Assembly: GCF_006345805.1 (NCBI RefSeq)
Contig: NC_043003.1
Coordinates: forward strand, 18,662,001-18,726,000
DNA: 64,000 nt
Origin: Octopus sinensis
Lineage: Eukaryota
Direction of reading: 5' to 3'
Positions 50,196-64,000 of the stretch are shown one piece after another. Positions within the stretch are counted from its first letter, which is position 1. Each line of letters begins with the position of its first letter. The notes under the pieces are model-generated. The model did no database searches. It worked only from the letters and a program-made list of their open reading frames with translations, and was not told where the DNA came from. The translations under genes and the position numbers were made by a program.

Positions 50196-52514
50196 ATGGG
50201 AATACTATAACTCAGACATTATCCAATGCGTCCTTTCTTTTCAAGTGGTAAAATTATGATTTGAGAGAGGGATGGTAGCCGGTCAAGAGACCCTGTGGAG
50301 ACTTGCTCATCAACTTATGATTATTGCCTTTGTATGGCTTATCCTCTTAAACTCTTTTGCTTGTTTCAGTCATTGGACTGCAGTCATACTGGGGTACCAT
50401 CTCAAAAGATTTTAATCTTCTTGTGTGCATAAATGGGTACCAGGTGTGGAAATATTAACTGCCACAGATTGACAGGTATTTGGTGGTGATGGAGTTCTAT
50501 CTTTTGTCTCTTTTATGCTAACAGACTGGAACTAAATGTTGACCAGTGATAAATTTCCACAATTATAAGAGACATATTTCTTTACCATTTTTATTTTCTC
50601 AAGCCCTAGGACTCTTAAGGCTGGTTACCTGGTTTCCATGGTGTATAATGTGATCAAGTTCAAGGCCAGCTATTTTTGAGGGGGGAAGGGAAAAAATCAA
50701 TATCAATTGATTCCAGCACTTGACTAGTACTATATTTTTATCAACCTCAAAGGGACGAAAAGGATTTGAACCCAGACTGTAGACAGCCAGAAGAAATGCC
50801 ACTAAGAAATACCACATTTTGTCGAATGTACTAAAAAATTCTGCCAACTCACTGCACTTATCTAATCTATTACTAATCTCTATTTTATCAATGTAGTGGT
50901 TGCATTAAGCTGGATAGAATAAAATTGTAGAGCATAAAAAAAAAATTTAAATAAATAAAAATCAGAAAAGTATTATTGCACTTCCTTTTCTCCCAGACAA
51001 CCAACTGCATACAAAAGATTTTAAACATAAAACTGCACTCAATGCACATTAGTGCATTTGTTAAATTAGAATTATCCTTCAGTCTGAAATTTTTGCCAAT
51101 TTCAGTTCTCGTATTTCTAGTATTTAAATTTGTAAGTAGATACATTAAGGCCGCTGTCAATATAGAACTGATAATATAAGATTGTAAGAGACTTTTATTA
51201 CAAATATCAAACTACAAGCTAAATTTACTGGCACAAGTCCATCTCAGAGAATGAACTAAAACAGTAGATGACATCATAAGCAAAAAATAATTCATGAGTA
51301 AAAAGACTAATCTTGGCAGAAATTCAAGCAACAAATTTTTTTATCCAAAGTATGTAACCAGGAGGTGAAAGAACTGAAAAGAGTTCCACTACCAGATCTT
51401 ACACAATGAGTCTTTATAAGCTTATCTACTATGAAATTATATTTGTTTATATGTTTAATTTATTTATCTACAAGCTTTACTTAACCAATCATAAAATACT
51501 TTCTGTCAAAAGATATGCATGAATATAAATTAAGGTCTGTAATTTAAATACGCAAGCAGAATTTCTTTTGCTTTCCTACGGAAACATCAAGTTTATGAAA
51601 ATAAATATAGATTACAAAAATAACATAATTTCAAAATTAGTTAAGAAGAGAAACAAAAGCAGATATTGTCTCAAACTCAAAATATTTTAATGCTCGAATA
51701 ATGTCATTTATTAAAAAAAAAAAGTTGAAACAAATAAAATGATTAGCTAAAATATAGAAGGCAACAGCCAAACAGTTCTTAATGTTGAACAAAGGGTTTA
51801 ATAAGTTAATGTGTGTTTTACACTTTTTTGAAACTCAACTAAATACAACACGCAAAATTATTCTAAAACAAAATTACTCATTGCAGTGTTCACATAAGAC
51901 CTTCATTTGTTTGAGCATGTGTACACATAGTGCACATGTGCATTCAAAAATGCATGTTTATACATTGTGCACACATGCATTTAATAATGCGCTGCTAAAT
52001 AATAGTGCAAGCAATTTATGAAATCCTTTTCCTGGGTTGATATCATTTAATATTGAAGCTAACCTTATGGTATGTTAACATGAAGAAACAACTTATGCAA
52101 TATCAATGCATTATTTTACAAGCTGTAGTAATCTGAAAGCAATTTCCAATGCAATCTGTCACAAATTCTGCAATTATGCATCATTGTAACAACAGCTGCA
52201 ACAAGTTATGGTTGTTTTTGACAGTAAGAAGGACAACTAAACTTTAAAACATTTATATATACATGATTAAAATATTCATTTACATAGTAAGACAATCTGT
52301 TAGGTGTTGAATTTGATAAGGAAAATATAAACATACACTGGCATAGTTAATTATAATTTCAGAACATTCAATAAAAGATGCTTTGTGAGACGAAACACTT
52401 CCTTTTATGCTTCATATAATTTTACCCAGGAATAATTTATCAATCTTCAGCGTGGGCTAAAATTTCATTTCTTAAGCCACTATTATGTAAACTGTATCAG
52501 TATATTTTTTTTAT

Positions 52515-52800
52515 CGTTTATCTTTTACTTCTTTCGGTCATTGGACTGCAGCCATGCTGGCACACCACCTTGAAGGGTTTACTTGAACAAATCAAAACCG
52601 GCACTTATTTTGAGTTAAGTACTTATTCTATTGGTCTTTTTTTAACAAAATGCTAAATTGAAGGGATGTAAACAAACCCACACCAGCTGTCAACAGGTCA
52701 TGGGAGACAGGCATAAACACACACAAGTATATATAAAACCAGTTTCCACACAGTTTCTATCAATCAAAGGGAACTTCTTATCCATACAGCCATACATGCT
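52515..52800 (-). mobile_element. Family A SINE, degenerate
   Basis: ttttacttctttcggtcattggactgcagccatgctggcacaccacc. Confidence 0.75.
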
Positions 52801-53799
52801 CTCTATGTTTATATACTTTTTAGTCTAACTTTTGTTTTTTATATAAATTTCTCTTTGACCAACAATTACAGATAAATGGAAAAAAAAAACCCAAAAAACA
52901 CAAATCTAATTAGATTTCATACATTACTAAAACTATCTCATAGATTATGTTACCCTCAGTACTGCCAATAATGCTAATCTTCAGTATTTTAATAAGCACT
53001 TCTTTCTGTTGGCATCACAAGATGAATTTACACAACAGCCTGTATCTCATTAAATTTAATTCCACACTGTCTTTAAGACCCAAGATTTGACCTCTGTTAT
53101 AATCCACCCATGTATAATATTCCAATGTAAAAGGTGACTACATCATCGCATAACACACAATGAATCTTATTTCACTCCCCATCCTTACAGATATCAATTC
53201 ACTACACTTTATTCCACCTACTCTGTACCCCTAGAAGCTGTAATAATGGTAACGACAAACACAAAAGCAAATAAATAAGAGAAGTTATCTAATTTCACCA
53301 AGCCCTCACAGTACATGATACATAGTCTTCATCCGTCATGCTTCATTGCTTGTCTGAGAACATGACACAGCTGAAATCTTTGTCAGTCTTCCAAAGTTCC
53401 CTTACACCTCTTTACGCACCCAGTAATTGCACCCTCGACATAGAATTGAATTCTTATGAACATTCCTACATTCTCATCACAATAATTTCCTTCCTTTTAC
53501 CATCTTCTAACTGTGGTACTACTCACTAGGGTGCGGTAAAGGATACCATTTACCCATTTATGCTTCATACCATATCCTTAAGTCTGTCCCTCATCACCTG
53601 CTCCTTCTCCCTGACTCACTCTTATTTCCTTACTCCACTTTCCCTCCCAAAAAACCAATGTTCACTACATCCACCTCAATCTCCATTTCCAATCATTCAT
53701 CACACTTTCCACACTTTAGTGCACTTACCTACTCACCCACCTTTTCTGTCCCTCTATCCCTATTCTCTATCTCATATTCACCTTCTGACTTGACCTCAT

Positions 53800-54166
53800 C
53801 TCTCTCTCTCTCTCCCTCATCCCCTCTTTCCAGAGAAAGACATTATGTATTCACCTCTTCAGTAAGACACCTGGTCCAGCCTCTCTACCATACTCTCACA
53901 TCCCTCAGTACTATACTCTACTCAGTTGGGTTGAGGTCCTGACCGTCATGAGTACATGGTAACTTTACCAGTGTTGTTACCACAAAACAAAAAAGCACCC
54001 AGTACACTCTGTAAAGTGGTTAGTGCTAGAAAGAGGATCAAGCAGTAGAAACCATGTCCAAGCAGATGTGGGGACTCGGCACTGTGCTCTGATTCATCAG
54101 TTCCTATCAAACCATCCAACCCATGTCAGCATGGAAAAAGCAACATTAAATATTGATGATGATGAA
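53800..54166 (+). mobile_element. Family C retroposon, long copy (may extend left to about 53300)
   Basis: Pyrimidine-rich body, then aaaaagcacccagtacactctgtaaagtgg...ccaacccatgtcagcatggaaa...gatgatgatga. Confidence 0.7.
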
Positions 54167-55496
54167 ACTAACATTTTATTGCTATGTCCCTTGACTCAAG
54201 ATCCTTCAAGTAAATTTTATGTTTCACAAGCAGCTACTCAACTGAACAATTAACATTAGATCATTTGTATACATGAGCCACCATAAAATAACTGGAGCTG
54301 AAATACATTTAAGTGTCTCAAACACAAAATTTGCACCAATTTCACCAATAACTACCTGGACCTCCTTATCATATAAACCACTAATCCAAGCTCAATTCGT
54401 AGCTACTTTAGTTCATATCCACTCTGAAAGCAAAGCCTGTAAACCTGCATCAGTTCCTGGTTCCAACTATTTATGCCTATGAATCAAATCACAGTTTAAA
54501 ATACCATGATTCTGCCAGGCTAACATTTTTTTCTTTCAATTTTTTTTTATTAGTTTTAGTATTAAATCAGAGGAGAAGGGTGGACCACGTGTTCTTTGCA
54601 AGCCTTTCTACACTAATTAAGCCTTTTGTTACCATATTTCTATTGAAATTCACTGTCATTGTTTCAATAAATTTCCCCTTTATGTCCTGACATTGTTTAT
54701 GTACTGTGTAAAGATTATGTCACTGTACAGCAGTTGCTGTTTAACTTTGTTGCAAAAACATGCTTGGCTATTGAATAGTTCATAATTCAAAAGACCAAGG
54801 AAAGAATAACTACTTTGCTTGTGAACAAGTGAGGATTGGTAACAGGAAGAACAGGCAGCATTTTGGATTGTGTGTGGTTGATGAAACAGAGCAGGGATCA
54901 CAAATAACAGTGAGATATTAATGCATAGAAGGAAGAAAGTGGGTTATATATCCTAGCTCTGATGTATACCACGACTGATAAAGTGTGGGTTGAAAAGAGC
55001 CCAGAAGGTAATGGAACAAGTCTTCTCAGAAACTTTTGATCTCAGAAATGTGAGGCAAATGGATCTTACAGACAAGCAACTTAGTAACTGATATCCAATG
55101 TAACAAAAGGATGCAAGTACTGATAACAAACATACAAGATCAGGTCTTTCATATCTCAAGTTTTATGGAAATTGTCACAAAGATCATCATCATTCAATGT
55201 CCGTTTTCCATGCTGGACATATAGCTGTTTATAAATGTTCCCATTTATAATCTGAGATATTAGCAGTAAAGATAAGGTTGTTAATTGATGGAGGGGTTAC
55301 AAATAGCACAGAGTTGTGCATTTATATACAAGACAATGTATTTAGAACACATGGAACTTGGGGGTCTGGTTTATTTGATATACTCAATAAAGATGAAGCC
55401 ATTGGTGATACCATTTCAACAACCATATCTGCATTTTCATTTCTTTTCTTCTCTTTTTTTTTTTAATCATGCACAAACAATACTTTTTTTTTAACC

Positions 55497-55633
55497 AATG
55501 GTATTAGAAAGAGCATCCAGCTGTAGAAACTTTGCAGATCAGATTGAGCCTGGTGCAGCCTTCTGGCTCACCAGTACTCAGTCAAACCGTCCAACCCATG
55601 CAAGCATGGAAAGCGGACATTAAATAACGACGA
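55497..55633 (+). mobile_element. Family C 3' part
   Basis: gagcatccagctgtagaaac...ccgtccaacccatgcaagcatggaaagcggacattaaat. Confidence 0.85.
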
Positions 55634-55636
55634 GGA

Positions 55637-55848
55637 CTTTTGTTACCATATTGCTATCAACATGCTCTGATTTTGTTTCAACTGATTTTGAACATAATGA
55701 AGACTTCAATAAAATAACAGCCATAATTAAGCTGGTATTTGTAATGTAAATTGACAAGATGCTTGGAAGGTTTCAATTTAAAACACTTTAAAAGCAGACG
55801 TTTGTATTCTAGAATCAGAGGTTCTCATGCAGGTTAGTGTCAAAAGGG
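55637..55848 (+). mobile_element. Older copy of the 41-kb piggyBac MITE family
   Basis: cttttgttacc left end (TTAA lost) and caaaaggg-TTAA right end; core aligns loosely with 41028-41250. Confidence 0.72.
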
Positions 55849-55869
55849 TTAAACAACCAACTTATTTTT

Positions 55870-56290
55870 CATCATCATCATCACCATTTAACACTCATCT
55901 TCCATGCATGTATGGGTAAGACAGTTCACAGGAGCTGGCCAGGTAAAAAAAAACTACCCTATGCTACTCTGTCCATTTTGGCAGGGTTTTTATGGCTGGA
56001 TGTCATTCCTAACACCAACTACTCTGCAGAGTGGACTCAGTGCTTTTTACGTGGCACTAGCACAGGTGAGGTTCGTTTTGACATGATTTTTACAGCTGGA
56101 TACCTTCCATATGCCAACCACTTTACAGTGTGGACTAGATGCTTTTTGTATGGCACCAGTACTGGCAGGGTCACCAAGCAACTTGCAAGACAAGGAATTA
56201 TGAGAAGGGCAGGGGCATTTGAGAAAGGGAACTTGTGTCAGAGGATGACAGGTTAGAGGGTGACAGAGAGGCAGAAACAGGTGCCTCGCT
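55870..56290 (-). mobile_element. Family C retroposon with internal partial repeat
   Basis: (CAT)n tail; ggctggatgtcattcctaacaccaac and gctggataccttccatatgccaacc. Confidence 0.78.
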
Positions 56291-56622
56291 ATAACTGAAT
56301 TTGATGCTAATGGGTTTTATAAATTAAAAGGTAATATACAGAGCAGAGAAACTTGGTAACTGTTATACATCAGACATCCATGCTTATCAAATCTGTAATA
56401 TATTAAATTTTTTAGTTGCACATATTCACACATTTTACCTTATTTGAACACTTCTGGATAGTTGTCAGAAGTTGATATTTCACATAAATGTATTGATATA
56501 TTAATAGAAAAGTTTAAAACTATTTTATTGATGCCATTCAATCTTTTCTTTGATTTTTACCCAGGAAAAGAAAGTCATAAACAGAGTAACATAGAGGTAA
56601 TATTAAAATTTAAATTGAATCA

Positions 56623-56817
<195 letters not shown>

Positions 56818-57146
56818 TTATAATTATTTTTATCATTATTATTATTATTACTGATAATTAATTAGAGGTAGGTACTATTCAGCTGCAATGAATCATTAAT
56901 AAAGAGAGTCAATGGTCAGGCTTTAATTCATAGCTGAAATCATTTCACAAACATCACATACACCCTTGGAAAGATATAAACACAGTAACTCCACATCCTA
57001 AAAATTTGAGGATTTTTGTAATGTAAGAAAACATCATCAAAAAGTAAAATATATGAAAAACAAAAAGTTTTAAAATATCATAATGATCAGTTTAGCTACT
57101 CAAAACACTTGGTTAATTACACTAAATTTACCAAATATTCACATAT

Positions 57147-57490
57147 GTACAGGCATGATTGTGTGGTAAGAAATTTGCTTCACAACCACATGGTTCCAGG
57201 TTCAGTCTCACCCCATGGCACTATAGCTTCAGTCCAACCAAAGCTTTGTGAGTGGACTTGGTCAATGGAAAATGAAACAGAAACTATGAATGTGTTTCTT
57301 TGTGTTTGTTCACCCCCACCCCTGACAACTGGTGTTGGTGTGTTTATGTCCCGGTTACTTAATGAGTCGATAAAATGAGCACCAGACTTTAAATAAGAAG
57401 TGCTGGGGTTGATGCATTCGACTAAAAATTCTTCGTCTAATGACTAAAAGCTCTTCATGGCCACAGTTTGATGACTGAAACAAGTTAACG
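57147..57490 (+). mobile_element. Family A SINE with internal deletion
   Basis: caggcatgattgtgtggtaag...ggttcagtctc...catggccacagtttgatgactgaaacaag. Confidence 0.8.
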
Positions 57491-59332
57491 ATAAATAATA
57501 TAAGATGGTTACGGAGAAGCTCTTTCCAAAACAGTCTTTCTTCAGTCATCAACTCTCACTACTGTTTCCATCACACCACATGAAAATATAGGTTGCATGT
57601 TTGCAAACAATGTTCATTAACTCAATGATTCAACCAAGTTTTAGCAAATTCTGAAGAGATTTCCATGACTGTTATAAGCATTTATATTACATTGCTAATT
57701 GTTTATTCTTTGGAGACTTGGTTTTAAACAAATGAAATCCGTTAAAATAACTACAAAACCTATCTAATCTCATTCCGTGACTTTCAGAATAATATTCTAA
57801 TACCTTATATAGACTATCTACCAACAACAACAATTTTTTTTTTTTTTTTTAAATTCTTCTCAACAAAAGCACTGAAACATCTAGTCATAGACATAATATT
57901 TAATCACTTATTTTAGAATCTAATCACAAAGTAAATTAATTCCTAATCAATCAGTAATTTCCTCTTTGACAGATTAAATCTTTTATTCCTTGAAAGGAAT
58001 GTGAGAGCTGATCTTATGCATAAGCATTAAAACCTGAATTAATACTGCTCTCTAAGACACCTTTACAATTAACCTGCATTAATTAGTTAACATATTAGAA
58101 ACTGATACTATGGGTTATGAAACGGATTTTTCTTTTTTTAATTGAACAAAAAGATTATTGTAGTAATTCACATAAAACAAAATGAAGGGCTCTCATAACA
58201 AACAAATAAATTACATAAAAGAATAGTGAGAAAAAGGTTAATTAAAGTACAATTGGCTTTTCTCTATTACAAATCTAATCGATTAATTATAACTACTAAA
58301 GTAGTATTATTAATGCAATTACTTTGTTGATAAATTTTCTCAGCAAAACTTGAGAACACACCTATTTACCAGATAAACTGCTTTTCAGATAATTAAATGC
58401 TACATGTTTTATAAGAACTTAGAACAATTGATTGTTATAAGGAAATGTTAGCTTCTTACCATTATTTGAGTAAAGAATAACATGCAAGTCTCTAATGGAA
58501 GCAGCAGCTAATTTATCATATCTAGTGACCCTGTCTTCACTAAGGTAATTCAGTTCAACCTTGCTTTTCTTTCATCCTCCTGAGATACTAGTCCATGGAT
58601 TGGTACGACATTAAGAAAGTCAGACTAAATGGCTTATGATATTTATTCTGGCTCTTTGCATTCTGAGTTCAAATCCCACCATGGCTTGTTTGGATAGTAG
58701 GCTAAATCAATAATCTGATTCAATGTCATGACCTAGTACTTTGGGTAGTTAGTGTATCTTGGGTACAAGAATTCAGGTCAAGCCTCTGATTTGAGGATAA
58801 CTTACCTGCCCTACCCCCCTCACACACCCCTGAGATTTAAAGATCTGTAATGGGTCATGGGCTGTACTTTCCCTCCTGATTAAAGGTCAAAGCTCAGACA
58901 AAGTCTCTAGTCTTAGTTGTAGAAAGCAAACTTAACTAGAGACTTGACATACTGTTGTTTAGACATGGGTCAATCTCAATCAAGATAATAAAAAAGGTTT
59001 ATGAGGCATATATCATACCAGCCAGATTAAATCTACTCATACAAATTAATCCCATTTCCCCATAAAGAATAAAATTTACACTCATTTTTATAGTATTACA
59101 CACATATATATCTTTTACTTGTTTCAATCATTAGAATGAAGCCATGCTGAGAAATAAGTCTCACACTCACACACATATATATATATATATATCAAACAGT
59201 GACAATGAGTACTCAACATTGCATTGGTGGATAACTACCCCTTACTTGTGGCTTAACAAAGCTACCATTGGTTTCAAGCTGAGAGAAATCTCAGCAATTA
59301 TCAAGCCTGCTACATAGAACATTGGTGCTTGT

Positions 59333-59343
59333 GTACACACACG

Positions 59344-59393
<50 letters not shown>

Positions 59394-59425
59394 TACATAC
59401 ATACATACATACATACATACATACA

Positions 59426-59455
<30 letters not shown>
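59333..59455. repeat. (AC)n/(GC)n/(ATAC)n compound microsatellite
   Basis: Directly visible; source of ORFs 59242-59607. Confidence 0.97.
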
Positions 59456-59456
<1 letters not shown>

Positions 59457-61662
59457 GTGTTTGTGTGTATTTGTGGACACATTCATTTACACAAAGCAAA
59501 TGACTCAAAGTTGTTGCTATATACAAGAAAACTAAAGGGTTGCAAGGTGAATTATTTGCCTTGAATGAATAAACTCCACTGAGCACTCTTCTTATTTGCC
59601 CATACAAATAGTGTGTGTGTGTTCAGGCTCTCATGTATTCAAGTACTGAGACATCTTTTTTTTTTTTGTTTGTTTGTTTTTTTAATGGAGGATATTGATG
59701 CTCTGGTGAGAGATGAAAATTTAATCTGAGTCACTTCCATGCAAAAAGGCTGATTACCAAGGATACAGAACTTTGGCTTCTAGTAAGTTAACTGTATTTT
59801 AAATAGTATATCTATTAAAGGAGCACTCCTTGTTTTCAGTAAAAAAAAAAGTTTGAATACGTCTATTATAACCAGTGCAATATATATAAGATCTCGAAAA
59901 TGCCTGCCAAGGCAAAAATAAGTTGGCATAAGTAGAAAACTGGATAACGGCTGAAACAAGATCTTGCTCTTTAATTTCACTCAATGTATAATGTACATAC
60001 ATATATACAGATAATCTAGCAGCCTTTGTAGATGGTAAGCTGCAAAGCAATCATTATATAAAGTTACATTACTCAAGAACATTCTTTCATAAACATTTCT
60101 ACTACTACTACTACTACTACTACTATTTCTTCTTCTTCTTTTTCTTCAATACAATTTGATTTCCAAATATGTAACCAAATAGTTGTAGGAATACAATAAG
60201 TTTATTTAATCTTTTTTCTTTTTCAGAGATTCATTTGTAATTCATTAAAATCTTTATCGATTCACATTAATATTTCTTTTGATAACAATGAAATAAAAAT
60301 AAAAAATAAAAAAAAGAACGAATATTGTAATTTTCCATTTCCATTTACCTAGACTTCATACAGTCCACGCCTGTGTAAGAACCACATTACTTCAAGTCCA
60401 CAAGAGAGCCTCTATGTGGACATTTGACTTGCTAGAATTAAAACCCATCCGCCCCCACAAAAAATGAAATGGATCTCAGTCAGAATTTCCAACAATGAGG
60501 TTTCAGTTATTTGATGACCAGAGCCATCTACTCATTGAATTGGTCATATAAGCGGGTGAGTATTCCACACACCCAAATACACTTAATTCTCAGCCAGAAT
60601 TAATATGGCATGGTGTAACAAAGCTAGGCCTTTAAATTACAAGTACAAACCAAACAATTAACTTCCACATAGTTTCTCCTGGCACGCAAGACTTGCGGGG
60701 TGGTGCCCCAAAACCATACTGCATCTATACATCCTATCATCTTAAAAACGATCACACCCTACTGTCTTAAAAATGAATAAATCTCAACCTATCATAATTA
60801 GGATCAACAATGCTTAAGGTAAAAAAAAAAAAGACGAGACGGTCATGACTGGAAAGTCTTAACTCAAACAGGGCTGACTTGGAGATAGAATAACAATAAC
60901 AAGAATTGTAAGCAATTATTAAAGGAGTACTCTAGCAAATAAGCCAGGGTGTCATGGAGTAATAAAAAATACAGTATCTACTTCCACCCCTCAACATTCT
61001 GGTGTCAAATCCCTGTAATGGCAGACCTTTAACACAGTTGTTGATTAAATTTCTATAAATCCCTTTCAAACTTGTGCCCTTGTGTTAATATTGAACAATC
61101 ATTCTACTAGTATGAAAAATACAGGTGCAGAGTGCTAGAATATTCCTAAATATTGCACCTGGAAAAGTACATGACAAGCAATAATTAAGCCTGGAAAAGT
61201 ACAGGACAAGAAAAAAACAAACTATTACTGCTGAAGTTAGAAATGTGCTAAATAAATTTCTGAAATTATGCATCAACAAGTGTGAGAAGTTTCTTTTTTT
61301 TTACTTTTTTTTTTCTTCTTTTTTAATATCATTCTATGGGGAGCCTTAATCAGTCAAAGTTGACCATTTGTACATGTATGCACAAGCCTGACAAAGATAT
61401 TTTGGAGATCACTGGCAGTTACTCAGGCATGCAAGTCCCCACTGGGTTGATACAGCTTGGAATCAGTGTCATCACAAGTGTTATTGTCAGGAAGTAAAGA
61501 ACCAGAGCAGATATTGGCCCTCTAACAGTCCTGCCAATCCACAACCTTGAAAGAATGAGAGGCAAAGTTGATCTCAGTGGGATTTGAACTCAAAGTAGGG
61601 AGGGTCAGAAGAAATAAAACATGGCACAATGCTTTAAAAACTCAAGCAATTTGTTGCTTTAA

Positions 61663-62187
61663 CCCTTTAGCATTTAAGTGAGCCATATCCAGCCCAAATA
61701 TACTGCCAGTTTTAACTTCACACCAGCCAGATCCAGCCCTTCGCACCTACCTTACAATGTCATTCTAAAAATAAACAATCACATAAAATCTCAAAGCTAC
61801 AAGATGATACATAATCAATTCAAAACAATGTGAATAAATAAGCATTGCATTCGACAGAGGGCACATGGCTTAGTGGCCAAGGTACTTGGCTCACAATTGA
61901 ACCAAGTTCAATTCCTGACAGCATGTGTCCTTGAGCAAGACACTTAATTTCTCATTGCTCTAGTCCACTTAGCTGCTAAAAATGAGTTGTACCTGAATTT
62001 GAAGAGCCAGCCTTGTTCATGCTGAATCTATCTGAGAACTACATTAAGAGTACACATGTCTGGAGTGCTCAACCACTTGCACATTAATTTCACAAGAAGG
62101 CTGTTCCATTGATCAGATCAGCAGAACAGTAATCATCAAAACCATCAGAGCCTGGACATTTGACAGAGTAATCTGAATACTAATGGG
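61663..62187. mobile_element. TTAA-flanked piggyBac-type MITE (second family) carrying a nested SINE
   Basis: TTAA 61659-61662, ccctttagcat ... atactaatggg, TTAA 62188-62191. Confidence 0.75.
61860..62156 (+). mobile_element. Family E tRNA-headed SINE with 12-bp TSD
   Basis: A box tggcttagtgg, B box agttcaattcc, ccttgagcaagacactt; TSD cattcgacagag (61848-61859) / catttgacagag (62157-62168). Confidence 0.85.
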
Positions 62188-64000
62188 TTAAAAAAAAAAA
62201 ATCACAATACCATACATATCATCTGTACCCTCAGGATCATCTCCCCCTGTGCCTCAGATATATATAAGCTCACTCATATTTTACTATTAATACATTGTTT
62301 TTGTATATCATCTCCTTTATATACATATGATTTTACCTTGTATTGAGTGTGCTGTATCTAGTGTATATTATAGTCTGAATAACTCTGATATTACACTTAT
62401 TTGTCTATTCATTTTTTCAAGTGTAAGTCCTCCTTTTCTGGAGACTTTTTAATGTTTTCACTTTTACACATTTTATAAATTTCTTTTTCTGAACCATTAT
62501 GCTTAAACAGACGGAAGCATGTGGCCTTAGTGTTTAAGGTATTCAGCTCGTGCATTTCAATTCCTGGACTGGGTGGCATGTTGTATCCTTCAGTGAAGCA
62601 ATTCAATTCAAGCTGCTCCTATCTACTCAGCTGTGATGAATACCAACCAGATGTTGGGGCAGCCCTCCCTCTCTCCCATACTTGTCATATCCAAAATGTT
62701 CCCAAGATCGAGAGTAAGAAAGGAGCTGAGAGTGTCTGCTTATGACTTCACAGACACTGAAAACAATCAGCGAAAGCATTGCAGAAGCTACCAAGCCATA
62801 CTCACTCAAAGCAGGCTAGATCAAGACCTAGACAGTTTCTCTAGCAGTTTCAAGCAGCCAGGTTTAAGATTGAAACTTCCACAAGGATACATGATTCATT
62901 AATATTCTAATCGTTTCAGATAACAGAAGATATTGATGAAGATAATTTCTTTATTGATAGTTAATGGCTTCTAGATCAGTGCCAGAGATTATAACACTGA
63001 AAATATTGTAAAGTTATTGCATTGCTAACACCCTCGAGAAAGGATAAACATCGCGGTCTTATTCTCCCACCCTTTATAAATCCAAGTCTTCTATGGAAAT
63101 AAAAAAAAAAATCAATAACTCAGTAGTTATGAAGTGACTTACAAATTCAATTGATAAATAACAGAGCTTGCTAATGTTGAACATCAGTTTATTAATTTTA
63201 TTTTAAATCAATTTATTAAAACTCAACTGGTTGTTTTTGAATATTACAGAAAACAAACAAAGAGTCATGGAAAATACAGAAAAGAACTTATTTAACTAGA
63301 TTTGTTAATAGCCCATTACTAATTTTACAAGAGCTTCCTCTGCATTCAATCGGTCATTCACACCCACTTAGTTTCAAGAAACAATGTTCTAAATGCAACA
63401 GAGAAAGCAACCAATAAAACAAAAATTAAATAAAATAGCCAGAACTCAGAATTATGTTGAAATCAGAATTTCTATAAAAATGTTCCAAGTTAATATTGAT
63501 AGGATTCACATAGCAAAAGAGGCGTCTAAAATTTCCTCATCGCCTTCAGTTTCAGGCCAGCTGTTAGATGCACTGATTTTAGCTGGCTTTCATCTTTAAA
63601 GAATTCAATGCACCACTGACGTCTTTCATCGAATTTGTTATCGTATTCTGCACACACATACACACACACACACTTTTCGGATGTACTTCACAATAATGTT
63701 TCTCTAAATAGTAATTCATAAAGTACCAGATCAAAGAGAATGTTTTATTCAACCAAAAGCATTGTTCTAACCCCCAAAAGGGCTTTAAATCTTCAAACAA
63801 CAAACCTCCCAACAACTAGGTGTAACATAATCAACATTATTTCAGCTATATGGAAAAAAGGAACCAGGAGATAATTACAATAGGCAGTTTGACAAGTGTG
63901 AAAGTCTCCTAAAGTAGAAACAGCAACAAATCTGAAAGCTTTCCAGTAGAATTTGTCAACATTTGATTGGTTCGACTTTCATATGAAAGTTTGATCATTT

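Noticed and set aside
59242-59607. ORFs with MYVC/HTYI repeats
   Set aside because: Translation of (AC)n/(ATAC)n.

Overview
AT-rich, microsatellite- and SINE-dense animal DNA. The repeat families match my recollection of octopod (Octopus) SINEs; this is an inference, not a database result. The window is almost entirely intronic sequence of a liprin-alpha (PPFIA/SYD-2) gene on the minus strand. Three coding exons of its N-terminal coiled-coil region are recognisable, all phase 0-0 with canonical AG/GT: 56793-56629 ([10 protein letters not shown]...ALDEK), 28177-28103 (VRERLRVSLE...ANQE) and 298-170 (LFTLREQQAK...HPK), separated by introns of about 28.5 and 27.8 kb. None is in the supplied ORF track. 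The introns hold several tRNA-headed SINE families (my labels A, B, E), an RTE-tail family (C), RTE LINE 3' remnants, a canonical non-autonomous Helitron, an internally deleted piggyBac with related TTAA MITEs, a rearranged mariner, a Tigger/pogo transposase relic and a pogo-type MITE. Best leads: a candidate 21-nt (one-heptad) in-frame microexon at 14916-14896, a 183-bp unexplained fold-back at 17224-17406, candidate internal promoter/first-exon blocks near 20.3-20.8 kb and 42.5-43.3 kb, a composite double MITE at 41024-41507, and inverted SINE pairs bracketing the 75-nt exon. I found no convincing wholly new multi-gene system. SINE boundaries are approximate and were read by eye.
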